Notes: generated by a model from the letters alone, not told the origin. Shown: positions 24,050 through 37,860, numbered from the whole stretch's first letter. The stretch is DNA of 63,744 nt, filler included, from Reticulomyxa filosa (GCA_000512085.1; 14 parts of 14 records of this genome joined end to end with filler, not necessarily neighbours in it); one strand, 5' to 3'. Translations and numbers: made by a program.

Positions 24050-24943
24050 ATTAATCCCCAAAAACGAATGGTACCTTCGCAAGTACCATAATATAAATAA
24101 ACACCAAAATTATTACTTTCATTTTTAAATTTTTTAAATTTAACGCATAGTATTCCATTATTTTGATTATTATTTTCTTTCATTACGTGCAATTCTTTCT
24201 TGCTTGATCGAGTATCCCAAAAAACTGAGTGTATTATCCCATGATCCAGAAATATCGTATTTGAAGTACCACTATTCCCTGATTTATTTGGTCCATATTT
24301 TACGCTGATTACTGTATTGTCATGTCATTTAAATTCAATTAATTGTTTAGTTTTTTTGATATCCCATATACGAATTGTTTTATCATCTGACCCAGAGCTA
24401 ATAGTATACCCATTATCATCGATCACACCAATACTATTACTTTCATTATCATTTTTATTATGTTTAGCGCTTTGTAACGGTGAAATAGCAACACAACGAA
24501 TACATCCTTTATGTCCATTGAAAATACGTAATGAATTAGATTTATCAATATCCCATAAACGAATAGTTTTATCATATGAACCAGAACACCACCACTAAAT
24601 GTTGAGAATTCAATTGTACAAACACAATGTGTATGTTCATAAAATATTTTCCATTGTTGGTTATCTGTAACATCCCAAAAACGAATTGTTTTGTCATTTG
24701 AAGAATAACAAATGACGTTACGATTATGATAATTACGATGGTATGGCGAAAATTTCGCACAATACACATAAGATAAATGTCCATTGAATAATTGAACTTG
24801 TTTGCCTGACTCAATATTCCATAAACGAACTGTCTTGTCATCTGATCATGAATAAATAAATTGACCATTAAAATTTGAATAATCTATATCATTGACATAA
24901 TCTTTGTGTCCATTCAATGTCCTAAGTAATTTAGATGATGTGT
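24050..24943 (-). pseudogene. WD40-repeat pseudogene
   Basis: Several WD repeats (DKTVRLWNI, NDKTIRFWDV, GSYDKTIRLWDI, GSDDKTIRIWDI) and terminal GTIRFLG, spread over different frames with stops. Confidence 0.85.
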
Positions 24944-25771
24944 NNNNNNNNNNNNNNNNNNNNNNNNNNNNNNNNNNNNNNNNNNNNTTAATTAATTAAN
25001 NNNNNNNNNNNNNNNNNNNNNNNNNNNNNNNNNNNNNNNNNNNAGGAAGTCACCAAAGGAGCAGTCGACGACATTCATACGCAAGTACAACAAGTAAAAA
25101 CAAAAAGTTTTTTTTCAGTAAAAGAGTTTTTTTTAACCTCTTTTGTTCAGTTATTGTTTAATAAACAGGTTTTTTTTTTTTACTAGTTGTTATTCGGTGT
25201 AGAACATTGTAATATTGTAATAATCGTTTTTAATCCAATGTTGTATAACCTATTTGGTATCTTTATCTTCTTCTTTTAACATATTTTTTTTTTCAAGTGG
25301 TACTAAAAACAAAAATTTTTTATGTTCAGTTTATTTTTTAAAGTATAGAATTGTTATTACAATTTATTTCAAATTAAGTTTTTGTATTTTAATATAAGTC
25401 TGACAAGCCCAGTAAAAATTTTACACTGTTGTTGCTATGCACGTGGAGATCGAAGTGAGTTAATTTGAAGAGAGAATATTATTGTATGTTAATAAACTCA
25501 ATGTTAGTAGCTTTTTTCTTGTTTTCATTTTTTGCTTTAGTAGCACTTTTTGTATTGAACTTTGCTAAAAAAATCGGACGATATTGAAATTACAAGTTTT
25601 GAAGATATTAAACATGTTGAATTTTCGTGGAAGATCGATTATCTACATAAGTGGTATTCATATTTTAACTTTTTTCTTATTTTACACAGTAAGAATCTAG
25701 CTTTTTTACTACGTTTATAAATATCATTGAGGATAATTTTTCGGTATAATTATTATATGAAATTTGAAAAG

Positions 25772-27479
25772 TTAATATGAATTAGTCAAATTAAATTGAT
25801 TGAGACAAAAAGAAATATTTGACGGCTTATCAACAGACACATAATGACTTTCAGTGATATTGACAGTGTAAAAAGAGGAATTATCAATGAACACCTGCAA
25901 AGAAATATGATAGCAGGGACCCCCGTATAATCTCATTTGCAGATTCTGTTGATATTGTGGTAGCATATTAATACATCCAATGTCACTGTCAAAAAAAATT
26001 TGAGCTTGAAAAGCACTTGTTTGATTAAAAATGGCTTGTTTTAAGTCAGCATAATTACAATATCCAGATAAGCAATATTTATCATTGACCAACGTATCCA
26101 CATCAAACGTATAAGTGCCATTGTTCAATAAAAAATATTGATAGTTACTCCACCACAAAGAATAAATAATAAATCTTCCAGGCCATTCAATATTCCAACA
26201 TGGAGTATAAAGTTGTTGATTATAATCTGTGCTAACAAACTCTAATATTCCCCAATATTCCGGATAATGCATATACTGAGTGATCCCAACTGGTTGCCAC
26301 ACCCATTCCCAATAATTGTTATAACTGTACAATCCTAATAAAGAAGGATAGACAGATTGAACTTGTGCCAGCAATGTTTGATTTTCAGTGGGTTGTAATA
26401 ATGGAGAAAGATTTTGAAAACTCATTGGATGTTCAGTCCGAGCAAAGTCAACAAACCAATATAGTGGAAAGCCAGTATTGTTTGCATGTATATTATTTGG
26501 ATTGTAGGTATGATTAAATAATATATCCAATGTATTATTTCCACTATCTAAAATACCTCCATGCCAATTATTTTTGAACAAGGGCATAGCAATTTCAACC
26601 GTCCAATATTCAAATAATTGTTCAGGCCATTCACTACATGGAGAGACATCAGCAGTCCCAATAGAACTCCAAGGTGTCCATACATCTTTGTTTGATGTAT
26701 GTGTGTAAATATAAAATGGTAAGCCTCAATTTGTTTGTTTTTTTTTTTTTTAAATAAAAACTTGGAGTGTCTTGAGGACAGCCATAGCAAGGATAAGTAC
26801 AAATAGGGACCGATTGATTGGAAGCTAGCAATTCAAATTGAGTAGCAGTTTGAAGACCTTTTTCAGGGCCATACATTGTCCAATTTCCATTTATACCATT
26901 ACCAGGATAGGAAGTATGTTGACACCAATCATTTGAATTTAAATTAGAATATTTGCTATTACAACTACTATTACACGGAATTGGTTGGGTTTTATGCCAT
27001 AAGACATCATAAGTTGCATTTAATACATTAATTTCAAATTCTTTATAATAATAATTTGTGCCACTAAAATCTATAAACACTTCAAAATCGTGATCTTTAT
27101 ACGGGACAGGGTCAGTATTATGGCCTGTTGCACTACCATATACCCAAGGCTCATACAAAATTGCACCAATATACAAATAGGTTGAATCATAACGAACCTT
27201 CACCATTGTTGAATGGTTTTGTGGAATTACATACCCATCGCTTGTGGAATTATACAATGAAATCGCAATGTCCTTAAAAGATGTATTTGTAAATTCTACA
27301 TGTTCCCATGCTGTATCGTTCAGAAATCCATCTATTCTTATGCTTTCATTCTCCTCTAAAGGAAACACAGTGTAATGACTTGGATATGATTGTAAGAAAC
27401 GGCACCAAAAGCAAGTACTCAATGTCTGGCCCAAACAATATCCAAATAACACCAAATACACACCAAAAAATACTAACAT
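25772..27479 (-). CDS. Secreted carbohydrate-binding family 9-like (DOMON-like) protein, 2 exons
   Basis: Signal peptide MLVFFGVYLVLFGYCLG. Motifs IDGFLNDTAW, YDSTYLYIGA, DHDFEVFID, YYKEFEINVLN, WTVEIAMP, VDFARTE and WVWQP..MHYPEYWG. An intron at about 26761-26687 joins the frames (DTP-N-VWTPW). Confidence 0.8.
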
Positions 27480-27722
27480 TTCAAATTACGTTTTGGTTTT
27501 CAATTATTTTTTTTTTCCACTGTCCCAGTTCATATCGAAAAACCTTAAAAAAGGCAGTGGGACAATCTTTTTCTTGTCCATTTAGTTTTATTATTATTAA
27601 AGCGTATAAAAATATTTTTTTTTTGCGATAAATGAATAAATTTTGATTTGATATTACCAAACTAACTGTATATTTGATAAAAAAGGGGAAATACTTTTGC
27701 AAATACTTTAATTGCTTGAAAA
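27480..27722. promoter_or_regulatory. Probable bidirectional promoter between the CBM9-like and SET genes
   Basis: 243 nt between divergent start codons. Confidence 0.4.
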
Positions 27723-28340
27723 ATGCAAGTAAACTATCAGATAAAAGAATTCTCAGGAAAAGGCAAGGGTTTAGTTGCTGATCAATTCATTCCAAAAGGA
27801 ACAAGAGTTTGGGCCTTTAATCTGGCTGCACATGAAATCTTTCGAACGAAAGAAGAAATTTTAGAAAAATTAAAAGTTTTTGATCAAAAAACTGATTTTC
27901 TTAAAATTCAAGAATTTTTATCTCATATCTACAGTCTTCCGATTCCAAAAGAAACATCAAAAGATAAATCACAAGAAATAGCACAAGATTCAAAAGAAGA
28001 ACCAAAACAAGAATTAAAAGAGGAAGATTTTGAATTTGTTTTGGTTTATGAGCACGATGAAGGACGATATTGTTTTGTTTTAATAATTATATATATATTT
28101 TTATTTGTCTGTATGTGTATTATTTCATATTACATATATAATATAGTTAATCATAGCAAGGATTTCAATTGCGGTGATAAAGCATGGTATCCAGTTGAAA
28201 CATATGCATTGCGAGATATCCAAAAAGGTGAAGAATTATGCACTTCTTATGATCATGATGTATGTTTTAATTTTCCATCATGGTATGTGGATATATTGAA
28301 TCAATATAAAATGGAATCTACAACTAAAGCATGGAATTAA
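27723..28340 (+). CDS. Small SET-domain methyltransferase-like protein (one 75-nt intron, 28072-28146)
   Basis: GKGKGLVADQFIPKGT, spliced GRYFNHS, and YALRDIQKGEELCTSY. Confidence 0.88.
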   Translation: MQVNYQIKEFSGKGKGLVADQFIPKGTRVWAFNLAAHEIFRTKEEILEKLKVFDQKTDFLKIQEFLSHIYSLPIPKETSKDKSQEIAQDSKEEPKQELKEEDFEFVLVYEHDEGRYCFVLIIIYIFLFVCMCIISYYIYNIVNHSKDFNCGDKAWYPVETYALRDIQKGEELCTSYDHDVCFNFPSWYVDILNQYKMESTTKAWN

Positions 28341-28678
28341 CATTTTTTTTTTTAGAGAAATAAATGAATATGTTAATATGACTTATAATCTGTGATTTCA
28401 CGATCACTTTGAAATCGTTGTAATCTTTCTTTTTCTGCTGTCATTTAGTATTTTGTGAGACTCTCTCACTTTATGCAAATATATTGAAAATCAAATCACA
28501 AAAGTAAATATGACATATCATAAGTAGCTTACGCCAACGTTGTAGGTAAGATACGTATGATACAAACAGATCAATAAGAAGCAACAATTCGAATACTATT
28601 GAGACTTTTATGTTTCGACATGAATTCTTTTTCAAAAAGGTTGTGTTTAATAAAATACATAAAAACCTAGTTGATAAC

Positions 28679-30324
28679 CTAATGTTGTAGACCAAAAAGT
28701 GTTTCAGCTTTATCCGCAATTAATTTTGCGATAGGAAAGCAAGAAGTACATCCAGGTGACGGTGCATTTTGAACATGCAAGAACATTCCTTTATCATCAT
28801 TACTGAAAACAAAATCTTTCACCAACTCACCTTGTTCATCCATGAGTTGCGCTCGGATTCCACTGCGTCGTTCGCAGTGCAATACATCGTGGATAGTCAA
28901 AGAGGGTACATATTTTTGCAGTTCTCTGAGTTGGAAACGCAAAAACAAAGCATTTTTTAGTTCGACAAATTCATATTGTCGGTGTGTCCACAACATCTTC
29001 CAAAAGCCTGGAAACGTGATCATTTGAAACACATCTCGGAGATTGAAATCAGTAAAGTTGTATCCCTCCCGCGAAAACGCCAATACAGCCGAAGGTCCCA
29101 ACAAGATTGATCCATCGATGCGAGGTGTAAAATGTACTCCCAAAGCAGGGAATCGTGGATTCGGAACAGGATAAATATTCATTTTCAGCTTTTGAATTGG
29201 ACTGCTGTGATCGTATTTGTTATGTTTGATCACAAGATAATCTCCACGAATGGGTGTCATTTGCCATTTTTTTTTTACCACCCGAGTCCTCATTCAAATT
29301 GCAACTTTGCGCAAGGCGATCCGAATACATCCCAGCACAGTTGATTACATGTTTGGCATAAAACTTGGCTGTGTTACCATTGCACACAATTTCCACACCT
29401 CGTTTTTCTGGTTTCGCATCCCCTTCTTTCCTCTCCTCACAAATACGAAAGTCGTGAGCTGTTTGAGACACAAACACTTCTCCATTCAACTTATCTACAA
29501 ACTCTTGTAAAATACTGCCACAGACCTGTTTATAGTCCACAATTCCTGTTTGTATTATTTTGTTTTTTTTTTTTTTGATTGGTTGCATTGTTTCATTAAT
29601 TGTAGTGTAAAAGAAAAAAAAAAAAAATTATATGTGTATACGTAATACACTACAAATAGGGCGACAGACCGGTGGTTGGACAATAAATAGCTTTTAATCC
29701 TCCTGTACACAATGGTTCATAGGCTTGTATTTCTTCAGGTGTCTCCAGCCAAGTGATCCCAGGAACGTTGTTAGTCAAGCCGTTTTGGTACAGCCGCTGC
29801 AATTCTGACAATTCTTGCGGATCGACTGCGACGATCAACTTGCCGCATTTTTTGTATGGAATTTTGTACTGATCACAAAAGTTGTACAGTTGACTGTTTC
29901 CTTGTACACACATTTTCGATTTGAATGAATGAGGGGGATAGTAAATTCCACAATGAATAACTCCACTGTTGCTCCCACTTTGATGAGATGCAACCTCACA
30001 TTCCTTTTCCAATATGGCTATCTTTAGCGATGGGTGTCTCATCTTTAGCTCTCGTGCTGTTGATAAACCCACAACTCCTGCTCCGATTATAATGATATCA
30101 TATACTTCATTCATCTTTTTTCTGTCCGCGTCCACTGATTGCATTGCCGAAAACTGATTCGGTCTGCTACTTTGAACGGGCACTTTCGCTGACGTACCAA
30201 TGGAATCGGCACGAACGGAAGGCCAGTACCAAACACGCTTTTCATTCAACATGCTATTGTAACCACAATAGAATAATGCTGCGGCTGTTACCCATCGGAG
30301 CTGATTAGCTCTAAACATTGTCAT
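28679..30324 (-). CDS. L2HGDH: L-2-hydroxyglutarate dehydrogenase, mitochondrial (one intron, one apparent homopolymer frameshift)
   Basis: IIGAGVVGLSTAREL, HQSGSNSGVIHCGIYY, TGIVDY, INCAGMYSDRLA, PIRGDY, IYPVPNPRFPALGVHFT, SGIRAQ and NAPSPGCTS. Confidence 0.93.
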
Positions 30325-30694
30325 TAATTTGAGTTTTCACTTTATTTAGTATTACCTCCCCCCCCACTTATTTCTTCTTGCCATGCTTTATCCCTTTTTT
30401 GGTCAATAAACTGGATTTCATTTTGAATTTTTACATTTTTCAAATGCAAGATTGAAAATACGAGAAAAAAATATGTTTACAAACAAATTTTTTTAGCCAA
30501 AAATTGTCATTGTTGACTTTCCATTATAATGAGAGATTTGGGTCATACTTGTTTGTGTGCAAGTTCCATACACAATTAAAAAAAAAAAAGAGGAAACAAC
30601 AATCACAAGCACACAAAAACCTTTCAAAAATCTTTTCTATGTGAAATTAACAGAAAATGATAGACCATTTCAAAAGTTTTTCTGCTAAATCACG

Positions 30695-30949
30695 TTAATT
30701 TTTTCCTTTTTGAGGTGCCTTTTTGTCTGTGGCTGGTTTGGATGCTGCTGGTTTTGCACCGGCAGGGGCTTGCTTGCCTTTATCCGCTGGGGCACCTTTT
30801 TTGTCATCTTTCTTTGCACTATCTTTACCAGCGTCTTTTGTTTGTTTCGGATTTCCGCCTTTGGCAGGTTTTTCACTGAAGCAACGGGCATTCCATGGCA
30901 TTCTTGTGCGCTCTACGCTTCGTGTCAATGCTAAGGTAATTCTGTTCAT
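30695..30949 (-). CDS. Small (84 aa) K/A/P/D-rich protein with mitochondrial-presequence-like N-terminus
   Basis: ATG-initiated ORF that is GC-richer than its flanks. Arg-rich N-terminus ending ARCF|S. Confidence 0.55.
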   Translation of the reverse strand: MNRITLALTRSVERTRMPWNARCFSEKPAKGGNPKQTKDAGKDSAKKDDKKGAPADKGKQAPAGAKPAASKPATDKKAPQKGKN

Positions 30950-33329
30950 TATCCTGTTTTAACGTTGTGTTGTCATTTTGCAGTGTTGCACTAAGTGCTT
31001 TCCATGCTTTTCACTATTTATTCAAAAAAGAAAAATTGAAAAGACGAAATAGACAATTCTCAACTCTGATTGTTCGGATTCTTTCAAAAAAAAATGGAAA
31101 TGGTTTTAGTACAAGTTTAAAAAAATTTTGAACGTTCACAAAAGTAGTAAACGATTTCGTTGACTACTTCAAAAGTGTTTTTTGTTTGAGATGAAAGGAT
31201 TTTGCCATGATTACCCAAACATCTTCACTTCTTAAAGATATAATCGATGATAACCTGTTAAAGAATAAATACTGAACATAATGTTTTCAAAAGATCTTTA
31301 TTTTGCGTGTGTAAATTTTTAAAGAAAAATTTTTTTGGAAATTTATCAAAGCAAAAACAACAACAGGTAGGGGAACAAAATCAAAGGGACAATTGATGTT
31401 GGTTGCTTCACAAAAAAGGTGGCATCAATTACACTTCGAAAGATATACAAAATGGAAAAATTGGATAAACACGCAAGAATTGTTTCAAAAAACAGAACAA
31501 TATATTTGAAAAACAAACTTTTGACAATTCTATTTAATAACGCATTTGCACAATAGTTTTTTGTCCATTTAGTGAGCACATGTTAAACCGAATTTTCCAA
31601 AAAATTTCAAATAAATTTATTAAAATTATAATGCGAAAATTTCGCAAATGTAATTTAATCTGAATAGTATAACTTAGTTATTTCTTTATACTAACATTGA
31701 TTGTATTATCATGTAATGTAAATATATCATATGTTTTATACGTAGTTAAAAACTATACTTGAAAGACTAAATTAGATAAACTTTAGTATAATCTTTGAAT
31801 TTTAAGCTTATATGAAGATGTCAGACTACTTATTTCACCTTTTACAACTAGCTATATCACAATAACAAACAAAGTCAAGTAAGAAAAAAAATCATTACAC
31901 CATTTAAAAAAGCATAAATTTACACTTATCAATCTCTTGTAATGTGTGCATTTCAAAAAGTGATCAGTCATTATATCGACTATTTATAAAAAAGCATCGA
32001 CGAAACTTTACACTAATGCATAATTGTGTAATTGTCACATGTAAGATAGTGTCGAATCTGTGCTTGTTCAAAATCAAAAGGAACTTTTTTTCTGATTGCA
32101 ACTTATATAAAGCTGAAGAAGAAACCGTTGTAGACAGAATCACTTGTCAATCTAAAATACTTGACAGTCATATTATTATAACTTGATGATGTTTGTTGTA
32201 ATTGCATATTTATATAATGTTTATACTTTACTTTGCAAAGTTTGCAATTGAGACTGCAAATTCCGGATTTTATTTTGGATATTGGATGTTTTTTTTGTTG
32301 TTTCGACTATTTTGTCGAACTGCTCTAGAATAGAGACAACACATAAAATGGCAACTATATATATGATTTATTTTCTTCATGAAAAAATAACATTCAGATA
32401 TAATTAAAAAAAATATCTAACTAGTCATCAAAAGAAGAACTTTGTAAATAATTTGAATTAGAATGTGAAAAAATTGACAAAGAAACATGCACAAACTTAA
32501 TAAAATCAATACTAAGCATTATACAATTTAAAAAGTGATTTAATAAAATGATAATTTTCACTAAAAAAAATCTTACAACAAAAAAAAAATTTTAGTTCTT
32601 AAGCTTTTGAATTAACTTGACTTGTTTGCATTGTACAAAAAAAGTCAAAAAAACCAGTGATGAATGGAGACAAAGCAAAGAGCAGTCAAAAATAATCACG
32701 CTTTCACAATTTACAAACTTTGAAAATAACATTAAATTATGTAAAAAAATTTTTTTTATAACAAAAATTGAGTTTTTCAAAAACTACTCAACATATTGGT
32801 CTAATTTTAAATATATATTCACGTTACAATTTCATTATAAAATAATTTACAGTTATACTTAATTAAGGCCATTAAAACCAATTTAAAACTGATTGNNNNN
32901 NNNNNNNNNNNNNNNNNNNNNNNNNNNNNNNNNNNNNNNTTAATTAATTAANNNNNNNNNNNNNNNNNNNNNNNNNNNNNNNNNNNNNNNNNNNNTTTGT
33001 TGGATTTGATTTTTGAAAAGATTAGGTTATTATAAAAAAGAGAATGTCCCCAACAACATACCATGAAAATAATACATATTGATCCGAATATTATTTTGTT
33101 TTTGTTCGTTTGCGAATAGACGACGTTAGAGAAGATTTATTTTTAAAATATAAAATTTAAAATTTAAAAAATAAAGTTTTGGTAAAAAGAGTGACAATTT
33201 CTTTGCTCCCATCACAACAAAATTAAACAAATGACAACTATTTTTGACGACGATGAAGATGACGAGCCTCAAGAAAAAAATACTACAAAAGAGGCACCAA
33301 AAAAACAAACAACAAACAAACCAAACATT

Positions 33330-34479
33330 GCAACAAAAAACGCCAACTTGTAAAAAAAAAACATTCATTAATTTATGGATACGTCCAGCAAATTTTACTG
33401 GTTTCTCCAAGCTGAATCCACTGGCCAACAAGGCCGTTTCGAATAACAGCAACACCAGATCTTTAATTATCTTATCGAATGGGTCTGCAGCAAATTTTTC
33501 TTTTAAGTTACCAACAATCGCGTGATTTGGATCGATTTCAATTGTTATCTTCGACTGCACGTATTGCGTCATCGATTTATCTCTTAAGGCTTGAGCCTTA
33601 ATAATTCTTTCAATATTCGCCGACCATCCATATTTCCTCGTAGCCAAAGAACATGGCAAATAAACCATTCGATAGACGACAATGACTTTTTCCACCTTGT
33701 GACCCAGGATCTCTTTCATTTTTTTCGTCAGAGATTCATAAGCCACTTTCTATAAAAACACACAAAAACCAATTATACGTAATGTTTTTTTTTTAAATAA
33801 GTATACTTTTAAAAAAAAACTAACTTTTTTTTCTCCTTCGGTTAAGGGTAAATCCAAACCTACTTTGGTGCAAACAAATTTCTTTCCATCATATTCTAGT
33901 AATTGTTGGACAGCGGATCCGTCGATATAGTCCACTAAAAATAAGACATTAAAGTCTATCTTCTTCAATGCTTCCAAAAACAGCTACATTTCTACATTTG
34001 CTCGCAATTCACCTGTAATGTAGTAAGTGTGCTTTTGTTTTCTCTTCATTTTGCAAACATATTCTTTGAACGACGTGAGTTCACTAGATTTGATCGAGTG
34101 ATATCTTGCCTTCTTTGGCACAAATAACAATTCACACATCTTTTTTTTTTGTCTTAAAAAAAAAAAGGAGAAACACTTCCCCCCCACATGTATGTACGTA
34201 TATTCAAAACAAATAAAACACAAACACAAAACCTTTTCTTCTTTTTTGATTGTCAACAAGTTGATCGGGAAAATAACAAATTGCGAGTGTTTTTTAACAA
34301 TTTTTTTAAAGTTTATCTCAGTTCCCCGTTTTATCAGGTACGGGTTATCGCTGTCATTACGAACCCTGAAAGTGCCGCTTGCTTTAATCTTCCACACATG
34401 TTGTTCATCCTCGTTCTTTTCACTTTGTTTATTTATCACCACCACGCGCTTACTCACTAAATAGGCGCTATAAAAGCCA
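33330..34479 (-). pseudogene. HSP90: HSP90 degenerate copy (internal deletions, frameshifts)
   Basis: GFYSAYLV, DEQHVW, VKKHSQFVIFPI, YYITGE, VQQLLEYDGKK, GWSANIERIIKAQALRD and KDLVLLLFETALLASGF. Large parts of the middle domain are missing. Confidence 0.85.
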
Positions 34480-35472
34480 NNNNNNNNNNNNNNNNNNNNN
34501 NNNNNNNNNNNNNNNNNNNNNNNTTAATTAATTAANNNNNNNNNNNNNNNNNNNNNNNNNNNNNNNNNNNNNNNNNNNNTTTTTGCAATCTACTGTAAAT
34601 ATTTTGTTTAATTCATTAAATTGATTATGGATAGTTATTGTTTTTCACATGCTGTTTGATTGTAAAGTTAGTCAAAAACAATAATTCAATCAGAAAGTTA
34701 AGTAAATAACATAGTAGAAATTAATGTTTAAGTTATGAATTTATATTTTATAGAACTTGTTAATATATTTCATCAAAATACAATCAGTAACGTTTGAATT
34801 AGATTATAATCGATAATTGTCTGAAAATAATCTTTGATATTGAATTATTGTCCATTTAATATGTGAATTGTTGGAATGATATTCGCATTTTTGTTATTTA
34901 AAGTAAATTGTATGAATTTCTAGATTTAAACATTGTTAAATGCGACAAAGTGAGAATCAAAATTAGTAAATTTTTTGTTTTGAATGACATTGGCAAATTT
35001 GATATTCTTATAAGAATAAATACAAATTGTGTTTGCTTAATTTTTTGAATTAACGATCAAAAACATCATTTTTTCATCAATTTGTACAATTTTGAGAAAC
35101 AAGATACACTTGTTGATTTACTAAGAAAAGAATTATTTATATTTTCATTATGTAAATAAATTTTAAAGATTTTTTGGTTAATAATGTATAAAATATTCAA
35201 TATTTTCATTTAGCAACGATAATATGTTTCTTTCTTTTGTGTAGACGTTCTTTTCTTTACGATATTATTTTTAATTTGAAAGAGCTGAGTTTACGCATAG
35301 CAAAGTTGATGACTGATATGACCGCATGCCAATGTAAATGTACATTTTTTGGTTGTAAATAAGAATAAATTTAAATTATGTTTAAACAAAAGAAAGAAAA
35401 ATACTCGCAAAAAGCGCAGCACAATACAACTATTGCAACAAAAAAGAGATAAAAATCACAAATGGTAATACC

Positions 35473-36181
35473 CTACATTGACTGACTTCTAGTGATATAT
35501 CCCGGAGTGACATGTCTATATAGGTCGTGCTCTCCATTGGCTTTGGCTGGTTTTATGTCAAAATCGGAATGAAAAAAGCGTTGCTGCGAGTTTTGGACAT
35601 TGTTGTTACGTCCTTGTTGCAAAGAAGACAATTGATTGATTGCACAATTCAATCCCTTTTGGCCAATTTGAGTGATAATTTGTCTGGTATCTAGTCACCC
35701 CCCCCATTTAAATAAACAAGCACATCAATTATACAAAAAAGAAAAGAAAAACTCAACAAAAGAAAAGTAACTGAAGCCAAGACCATTGGCCTGATAAGCA
35801 ATAAACAAGACAATGGCAATGAATAAGAAAAGGAGTAGCATGAAAGGGTTGACGAGCATAGCCCAAATTTCATTCCACGCAAAGAGTAAGAAGATGAGCC
35901 ATTGAAAAGGATGTGTGGGCCAAATGCTTGTTTGTCCGCGTCGTCTCATGCGTTCTTCGGCATATTGAAACTCCCTCTCCACGTACTGTTCAAACGTATC
36001 TTTTATTACATCGAGTTGAGTGACATCAATCAGCTTTTCTTTGATTGGAGGTAAGCCCAACTCTTTATTACCAGTCAATTCAAAATTGGTGGTCAAGTCT
36101 AGCAACTCCATTGCTTTGTTGCGTGCCTCCACAAATATCGATTGCATGTTTGTTCCGTAAGTCCAATCCCGAGGCGCTCCT
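35473..36181 (-). CDS. SEY1: SEY1/RHD3 ER-fusion GTPase, C-terminal exons
   Basis: PRDW...IFVEARNKAMELL, then the hairpin TM motif PFQWLIFLLFAWNEIWAMLVNP. The last exon ends at TAG 35473. Confidence 0.85.
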
Positions 36182-36182
36182 G

Positions 36183-36221
<39 letters not shown>

Positions 36222-36324
36222 AAANNNNNNNNNNNNNNNNNNNNNNNNNNNNNNNNNNNNNNNNNNNNTTAATTAATTAANNNNNNNNNNNNNNNNNNNN
36301 NNNNNNNNNNNNNNNNNNNNNNNN

Positions 36325-37860
36325 TATTTTCAAATGGCTTGATATTTTCAAGCGCGTTTTCACGGTTGCTTTGTTCCTTTGTTTTTTCAGTGACGTTTGT
36401 TTTCTGGTCGTTACCGGTATAATTTTGGGTAGTAGTTGCAATAGTGACATTTTGAACAGTATTGTTATTTTGTAGTTGTTGCATCATGAGTTGTGCAGCA
36501 ACAAGTTTATTCATTTCTTCTTTCAAGCTCTGTTCTTCCAATCTCAATGATTCTTTCTATATATATATATGTATATAATTACCAATTCCAAATCAACAAT
36601 ACTTTCATATTTTAATTAATTTATTTATTGTTTGAAAAATTTCTTAACAAGAACATCTGCTTCATTGGTAGCCACCCATGACTGTCCTCTCCATAGTCTA
36701 TGTTGATGCTCTGAGGCAGCACTGCCATCTTTTCCGTCATCATCATCGTCGTCATCTTCTTCTTCTTCTTCTTCTTCTTCATTATTATCATTATCATCAT
36801 CATTGGCTTCTTCTTCATTGTCATCATTCCTTCTTCTTCTTCTTCTTCTTCTTCTTCTTCTTCTAATTCTGTTTCTCTCTCATTGTCATGGGATGGACTT
36901 GTTTTTTTGCGAGAAGGTATCACGAGCGCGAGCAGAGTGCGCGTCGGCATCTGTTTCGGTTTCGTTTTCCACTTCGCTGGCTCCTTGCGCATTTGGGCCA
37001 ATCGAGCGTCGGAGTTTTTTGTTGTCCTTGCGCAGTTTTTGAATGAGGTGCAAGCATTTGTCATTGCGCTGCTTTTCGAATTGAAAGGCATTAGTGAGCT
37101 GCTTCATGCCCGTCTGAAGTTGGGAAATGCGATCATTCAAGGAAAACTGCTTTTCGCCCAATCGCTGCTGGGCTAAGTCGCGCTCTTTCAGCAACTGCTG
37201 GTTTTCGCGTTGGAACTTTTCCGACTGTCGCATCAGCTGGACATTTTCCTCGTTGATTTCTTGGACATATTGGATGCGCTCTTGCAGCGTCTTCTGCAAG
37301 TCGTTCACAGTTTCCGTCAACGAAACTATCGCCGTTTTTCATTGTCTTTGTCCGTTGTTTGAGTTGAACTGGGTGGCACGCGTTGTTTCAGCGAATTCAC
37401 TTTTAAGTCTTTGTTCTTCAATTTTTTTTTTATTAAAAAAAAAAATTGAACTTTTTTTTTTTTTTTTTTTTTTTTTCCCCCCCTGTTCCCTTTTTTTTTT
37501 TTTTTTTTTTTACGTTATATACATATATACATATATATATGTATATATGTATATACTTGTGTTTCGAGTTGACCAAGCTTTGTCGTCAAAATGTCCACTT
37601 TTTCTTTCAATTTCTGAATTTGAAGGTCTTTTGTGTAAAGGTCCCCCGTGGACAAAGACTGTCGCACGTGCGCTCCTTCCGGCTCTGTTCCCGCCTTGTT
37701 CGGACTCGACACATCCCCAGTCGAAGACGTCGGCGGATATGTGTCTGCGTTGACTTGGCCATTGAGCCTCGGCGAAGCCGGCATGTGCGACTGGCCATTG
37801 GCAGTCATTGTGTTGGTAGAATTGCCAGGACTGAGGTCATTGGCATTATTAGTGTTATTA
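36325..37860 (-). CDS. Coiled-coil protein of unknown function, internal exons
   Basis: Q/E/L-rich heptad exons (37515-37808, 36886-37320, 36325-36547) separated by AT-rich introns. The reading frame across about 36890 is unclear. Confidence 0.55.

Noticed and set aside
28072-28146. Transmembrane segment within the SET protein
   Set aside because: It is a stop-free 75-nt GT-AG intron; removing it restores RYFNHS.
31000-32895. Short ORFs in long AT-rich stretches (also 34580-35450 and 59840-60600)
   Set aside because: F/I/K/L-rich ORFs expected by chance in AT-rich DNA; no motifs.
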